Origin: Eimeria praecox
Lineage: Eukaryota
Assembly: GCA_963920595.1 (NCBI GenBank)
Contig: OY986947.1
Location: forward strand, 62,001 to 126,000
Length of the DNA stretch: 64,000 nucleotides
Reading direction: 5' to 3'
Part shown: one piece after another, positions 58,136 through 64,000 of the stretch
Position numbering within the stretch: position 1 is the stretch's first letter
Layout of the letters: the number at the start of each line of letters is the position of its first letter
Translations under genes and position numbers: made by a program
Notes under the pieces: generated by a model
What the model was told of the DNA's origin: nothing
Seen by the model: the letters and a program-made list of their open reading frames with translations, nothing else
Databases searched by the model: none

Positions 58136-61100
58136 GCAGTAGACTTCAAAATCTTCATGGACTCAGTATCAGCCAGATAGCAAGAGCAGCAGGCCAAGCG
58201 CACATTCTTAATTAAGTCAGTATCGCAAGCATCCAGCTATGCTGGCTCCAGTGTGTCGCAGAAAGCGAGCAAGCACCGCGGCGCTGATGGTTCCTTCTGA
58301 ACAGACCTGCTCAGGAGATAGCGCGCCTTGAATAGAATCCCTTGCAGCTCCGTGATATAGCACCCTTGCTGTATCCGTGCCGCGGACACGCAGCGGACCA
58401 CGCAGAACTCCCTTACTGCGGCGACGTTTGTGGGCATATCACAGCACCCAGCCCTACCCGTGTCGAGTCTGCGTGCAGCTCATTAAAAGGCAGCACATGA
58501 ACTTGCCGCTCAAAAATGCGCTTGCTGCATGCACCAGTATTCCATCACCTTAGCATCGCTTCTCCAGAGATTCTGCGCCCCACTCAACGGACAGACTATC
58601 CTTTATCAGATGCACCCCACCCTAAACGCCTTGCGACAATCGCTCAGCTAGCCTCATCCCCTCATGCTAATCTCATCTTCCAGCTTGCAATTATGCACTC
58701 TGTGCGCTGCAAGAGCTCACTGATGCCCCCGCCCATCAACCAACAATTGCAATTCACTTTGCGTGCATATCATAACACCCAGCCCGACCCGCGTCGAGCC
58801 GGCGTGCACCTCATTAATAGGCAGCGCATGAACTTGCCGCTCAAAAACGCACTCGCTGCATGCACCAGTATTCCACCAGCTTAGCACCACTTCTCCAGAG
58901 ATTCTGCGCCCCACTCAACGGACAGACTATCCTTTATCAGATGCACCACACCCTAAACGGCTTGCCACCATTGCCCTGCTAACCTGATCCCCTCACGCTA
59001 GCCTCACTTGCCGCCTTGCAGTCATGCACTCTGTGCGGTACAACGCATCGCCGACGCGCCAGTGCACCCGCAAACAATTCCACACCAAACGCGTAGTCTG
59101 GCGGAAACTTGACTACGCATTGCAGTAGACTTCAAAATCTTCATGGACTCAGTATCAGCCAGATAGCAAGAGCAGCAGGCCAAGCGCACATTCTTAATTA
59201 AGTCAGTATCGCAAGCATCCAGCTATGCTGGCTCCAGTGTGTCGCAGAAAGCGAGCAAGCACCGCGGCGCTGATGGTTCCTTCTGAACAGACCTGCTCAG
59301 GAGATAGCGCACCTTGAATAGAATCCCTTGCAGCTCCGTGATATAGCACCCTTGCTGTATCCGTGCCGCGGACACGCAGCGGACCACGCAGAACTCCCTT
59401 ACTGCGGCGACGTTTGTGGGCATATCACAGCACCCAGCCCTACCCGTGTCGAGTCTGCGTGCAGCTCATTAAAAGGCAGCACATGAACTTGCCGCTCAAA
59501 AATGCGCTTGCTGCATGCACCAGTATTCCATCACCTTAGCATCGCTTCTCCAGAGATTCTGCGCCCCACTCAACGGACAGACTATCCTTTATCAGATGCA
59601 CCACACCCTAAACGGCTTGCCACCATTGCCCTGCTAACCTGATCCCCTCACGCTAGCCTCACTTGCCGCCTTGCAGTCATGCACTCTGTGCGGTACAACG
59701 CATCGCCGACGCGCCAGTGCACCCGCAAACAATTCCACACCAAACGCGTAGTCTGGCGGAAACTTGACTACGCATTGCAGTAGACTTCAAAATCTTCATG
59801 GGCTCAGTATCAGCCAGATAGCAAGAGCAGCAGGCCAAGCGCACATTCTTAATTAAGTCAGTATCGCAAGCATCCAGCTATGCTGGCTCCAGTGTGTCGC
59901 AGAAAGCGAGCAAGCACCGCGGCGCTGATGGTTCCTTCTGAACAGACCTGCTCAGGAGATAGCGCACCTTGAATAGAATCCCTTGCAGCTCCGTGATATA
60001 GCACCCTTGCTGTATCCGTGCCGCGGACACGCAGCGGACCACGCAGAACTCCCTTACTGCGGCGACGTTTGTGGCCATATCACAGCACCCAGCCCTACCC
60101 GTGTCGAGTCTGCGTGCAGCTCATTAAAAGGCAGCACATGAACTTGCCGCTCAAAAATGCGCTTGCTGCATGCACCAGTATTCCATCACCTTAGCATCGC
60201 TTCTCCAGAGATTCTGCGCCCCACTCAACGGACAGACTATCCTTTATCAGATGCACCACACCCTAAACGGCTTGCCACCATTGCCCTGCTAACCTGATCG
60301 CCTCACGCTAGCCTCACTTGCCACCTTGCAGTCATGCACTCTGCGCGGTACAACGCATCGCCGACGCGCCAGTGCACCCGCAAACAATTCCACACCAAAC
60401 GCGTAGTCTGGCGGAAACTTGACTACGCATTGCAGTAGACTTCAAAATCTTCATGGGCTCAGTATCAGCCAGATAGCAAGAGCAGCAGGCCAAGCGCACA
60501 TTCTTAATTAAGTCAGTATCGCAAGCATCCAGCTATGCTGGCTCCAGTGTGTCGCAGAAAGCGAGCAAGCACCGCGGCGCTGATGGTTCCTTCTGAACAG
60601 ACCTGCTCAGGAGATAGCGCACCTTGAATAGAATCCCTTGCAGCTCCGTGATATAGCACCCTTGCTGTATCCGTGCCGCGGACACGCAGCGGACCACCCA
60701 GAACTCCCTTACTACGGCGACGTTTGCGGGCATATCACAGCACCCAGCCCTACCCGTGTCGAGTCTGCGTGCACCTCATTAAAAGGCAGCACATGAACGT
60801 GCCGCTCAAAAACGCACTTGCTGCATGCAACCATAGTCCACCAGCTTACCAGCGCTTCGCCAAAAATCCGGGGCTCCATCCAACGGACTGACCGCCCTTT
60901 ATCAGATGCACCACACCCTAAACGCCTTGCGACAATCGCTCAGCTAGCCTCATCCCCTCATGCTAATCTCATCTTCCAGCTTGCAATCATGCACTCTGTG
61001 CGCTGCAAGAGCTCACTGATGCCCCCGCCCATCAACCAACAATTGCAATTCACTTTGCGTGCATATCATAACACCCAGCCCGACCCGCGTCGAGCCGGCG

Positions 61101-64000
61101 TGCACCTCATTAATAGGCAGCGCATGAACTTGCCGCTCAAAAACGCACTCGCTGCATGCACCAGTATTCCACCAGCTTAGCACCACTTCTCCAGAGATTC
61201 TGCGCCCCACTCAACGGACAGACTATCCTTTATCAGATGCACCACACCCTAAACGGCTTGCCACCATTGCCCTGCTAACCTGATCCCCTCACGCTAGCCT
61301 CACTTGCCGCCTTGCAGTCATGCACTCTGTGCGGTACAACGCATCGCCGACGCGCCAGTGCACCCGCAAACAATTCCACACCAAACGCGTAGTCTGGCGG
61401 AAACTTGACTACGCATTGCAGTAGACTTCAAAATCTTCATGGGCTCAGTATCAGCCAGATAGCAAGAGCAGCAGGCCAAGCGCACATTCTTAATTAAGTC
61501 AGTATCGCAAGCATCCAGCTATGCTGGCTCCAGTGTGTCGCAGAAAGCGAGCAAGCACCGCGGCGCTGATGGTTCCTTCTGAACAGACCTGCTCAGGAGA
61601 TAGCGCACCTTGAATAGAATCCCTTGCAGCTCCGTGATATAGCACCCTTGCTGTATCCGTGCCGCGGACACGCAGCGGACCACGCAGAACTCCCTTACTG
61701 CGGCGACGTTTGTGGCCATATCACAGCACCCAGCCCGACCCGTGTCGAGTCTGCGTGCAGCTCATTAAAAGGCAGCACATGAACTTGCCGCTCAAAAATG
61801 CGCTTGCTGCATGCACCAGTATTCCATCACCTTAGCATCGCTTCTCCAGAGATTCTGCGCCCCACTCAACGGACAGACTATCCTTTATCAGATGCACCAC
61901 ACCCTAAACGGCTTGCCACGATTGCCCTGCTAACCTGATCCCCTCACGCTAGCCTCACTTGCCACCTTGCAGTCATGCACTCTGTGCGGTACAACGCATC
62001 GCCGACGCGCCAGTGCACCCGCAAACAATTCCACACCAAACGCGTAGTCTGGCGGAAACTTGACTACGCATTGCAGTAGACTTCAAAATCTTCATGGACT
62101 CAGTATCAGCCAGATAGCAAGAGCAGCAGGCCAAGCGCACATTCTTAATTAAGTCAGTATCGCAAGCATCCAGCTATGCTGGCTCCAGTGTGTCGCAGAA
62201 AGCGAGCAAGCACCGCGGCGCTGATGGTTCCTTCTGAACAGACCTGCTCAGGAGATAGCGCACCTTGAATAGAATCCCTTGCAGCTCCGTGATATAGCAC
62301 CCTTGCTGTATCCGTGCCGCGGACACGCAGCGGACCACCCAGAACTCCCTTACTACGGCGACGTTTGTGGGCATATCACAGCACCCAGCCCGACCCGTGT
62401 CGAGTCTGCGTGCAGCTCATTAAAAGGCAGCACATGAACTTGCCGCTCAAAAATGCGCTTGCTGCATGCACCAGTATTCCATCACCTTAGCATCGCTTCT
62501 CCAGAGATTCTGCGCCCCACTCAACGGACAGACTATCCTTTATCAGATGCACCACACCCTAAACGGCTTGCCACGATTGCCCTGCTAACCTGATCGCCTC
62601 ACGCTAGCCTCACTTGCCACCTTGCAGTCATGCACTCTGTGCGGTACAACGCATCGCCGACGCGCCAGTGCACCCGCAAACAATTCCACACCAAACGCGT
62701 AGTCTGGCGGAAACTTGACTACGCATTGCAGTAGACTTCAAAATCTTCATGGACTCAGTATCAGCCAGATAGCAAGAGCAGCAGGCCAAGCGCACATTCT
62801 TAATTAAGTCAGTATCGCAAGCATCCAGCTATGCTGGCTCCAGTGTGTCGCAGAAAGCGAGCAAGCACCGCGGCGCTGATGGTTCCTTCTGAACAGACCT
62901 GCTCAGGAGATAGCGCACCTTGAATAGAATCCCTTGCAGCTCCGTGATATAGCACCCTTGCTGTATCCGTGCCGCGGACACGCAGCGGACCACCCAGAAC
63001 TCCCTTACTACGGCGACGTTTGCGGGCATATCACAGCACCCAGCCCTACCCGTGTCGAGTCTGCGTGCACCTCATTAAAAGGCAGCACATGAACTTGCCG
63101 CTCAAAAACGCACTTGCTGCATGCAACCATAGTCCACCAGCTTACCAGCGCTTCGCCAAAAATCCGGGGCTCCATCCAACGGACTGACCGCCCTTTATCA
63201 GATGCACCACACCCTAAACGCCTTGCGACAATCGCTCAGCTAGCCTCATCCCCTCATGCTAATCTCATCTTCCAGCTTGCAATCATGCACTCTGTGCGCT
63301 GCAAGAGCTCACTGATGCCCCCGCCCATCAACCAACAATTGCAATTCACTTTGCGTGCATATCATAGCACCCAGCCCGACCCGCGTCGAGCCGGCGTGCA
63401 CCTCATTAATAGGCAGCGCATGAACTTGCCGCTCAAAAACGCACTTGCTGCATGCACCAGTATTCCGTCATCTTAGCATCGCTTCCCCAGAGATTCTGGG
63501 CCCCACTCAACGGACAGACTATCCTTTATCAGATGCACCACACCCTAAACGGCTTGCCACCATTGCCCTGCTAACCTGATCCCCTCACGCTAGCCTCACT
63601 TGCCGCCTTGCAGTCATGCACTCTGTGCGGTACAACGCATCGCCGACGCGCCAGTGCACCCGCAAACAATTCCACACCAAACGCGTAGTCTGGCGGAAAC
63701 TTGACTACGCATTGCAGTAGACTTCAAAATCTTCATGGGCTCAGTATCAGCCAGATAGCAAGAGCAGCAGGCCAAGCGCACATTCTTAATTAAGTCAGTA
63801 TCGCAAGCATCCAGCTATGCTGGCTCCAGTGTGTCGCAGAAAGCGAGCAAGCACCGCGGCGCTGATGGTTCCTTCTGAACAGACCTGCTCAGGAGATAGC
63901 GCACCTTGAATAGAATCCCTTGCAGCTCCGTGATATAGCACCCTTGCTGTATCCGTGCCGCGGACACGCAGCGGACCACGCAGAACTCCCTTACTGCGGC
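58136..64000. repeat. Tandem array family C: 655 bp unit with a periodic 331 bp extra block; super-period 2,296 bp; continues beyond the right edge
   Basis: A recurrent minus-strand ORF has right coordinates 58437, 59423, 60078, 60733, 61719, 62374 and 63029 (steps 986, 655, 655, 986, 655, 655). The 331-bp blocks start at 58605, 60901 and 63197. Confidence 0.97.

Noticed and set aside
58619..58627. Telomere-like ccctaaa in family C, and ggggtta in family A
   Set aside because: These are single isolated heptamers per unit and never tandem, as expected by chance.
1..64000. CRISPR array or repeat-spacer system
   Set aside because: There is no short conserved repeat separated by unique spacers, and no cas-like ORF; whole kb-scale units are repeated.
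1..64000. rDNA, 5S, tRNA, snRNA or spliced-leader RNA tandem cluster
   Set aside because: I recognised no conserved motif of these RNAs in any unit. An Infernal/Rfam scan of the consensus units would be the definitive test.
1..64000. Decayed or intron-split repeat-protein gene (165-168 bp = 55-56 codons), or an alternative genetic code
   Set aside because: No frame is conserved across copies or families, and the translations show no LRR, ankyrin or RCC1-like pattern. Frameshifting indels are common. A minus-strand micro-exon gene cannot be fully excluded without RNA-seq.

Overview
This window is almost entirely non-coding tandem repeat DNA. I can support no protein-coding gene, RNA gene, transposon or CRISPR array; the ORFs in the track are short, overlap in several frames and recur only because the DNA repeats. 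There are four zones, all in the same orientation. (A) 1-~45,478: 19 full copies plus a partial copy of a ~2.23-2.39 kb unit, with nested 4,729 bp and 4,701 bp dimers and mosaic variants. (B) ~45,479-56,450: a diverged relative with a 2,643 bp unit that collapses to a 1,495/1,502 bp unit. (T) ~56,450-58,135: single-copy sequence made of decayed repeat. (C) 58,136-end: a 655 bp unit with a 331 bp extra block after every third copy, giving a 2,296 bp super-period. The families share recognisable homologous segments. Nearly every unit length, internal duplication offset and junction jump is close to a multiple of ~163-169 bp. This suggests a hidden nucleosome-sized monomer organised into layered higher-order repeats, resembling a centromeric or pericentromeric satellite. 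The monomer and the centromere interpretation are inference, and the source organism cannot be identified from the sequence (probably a eukaryote).
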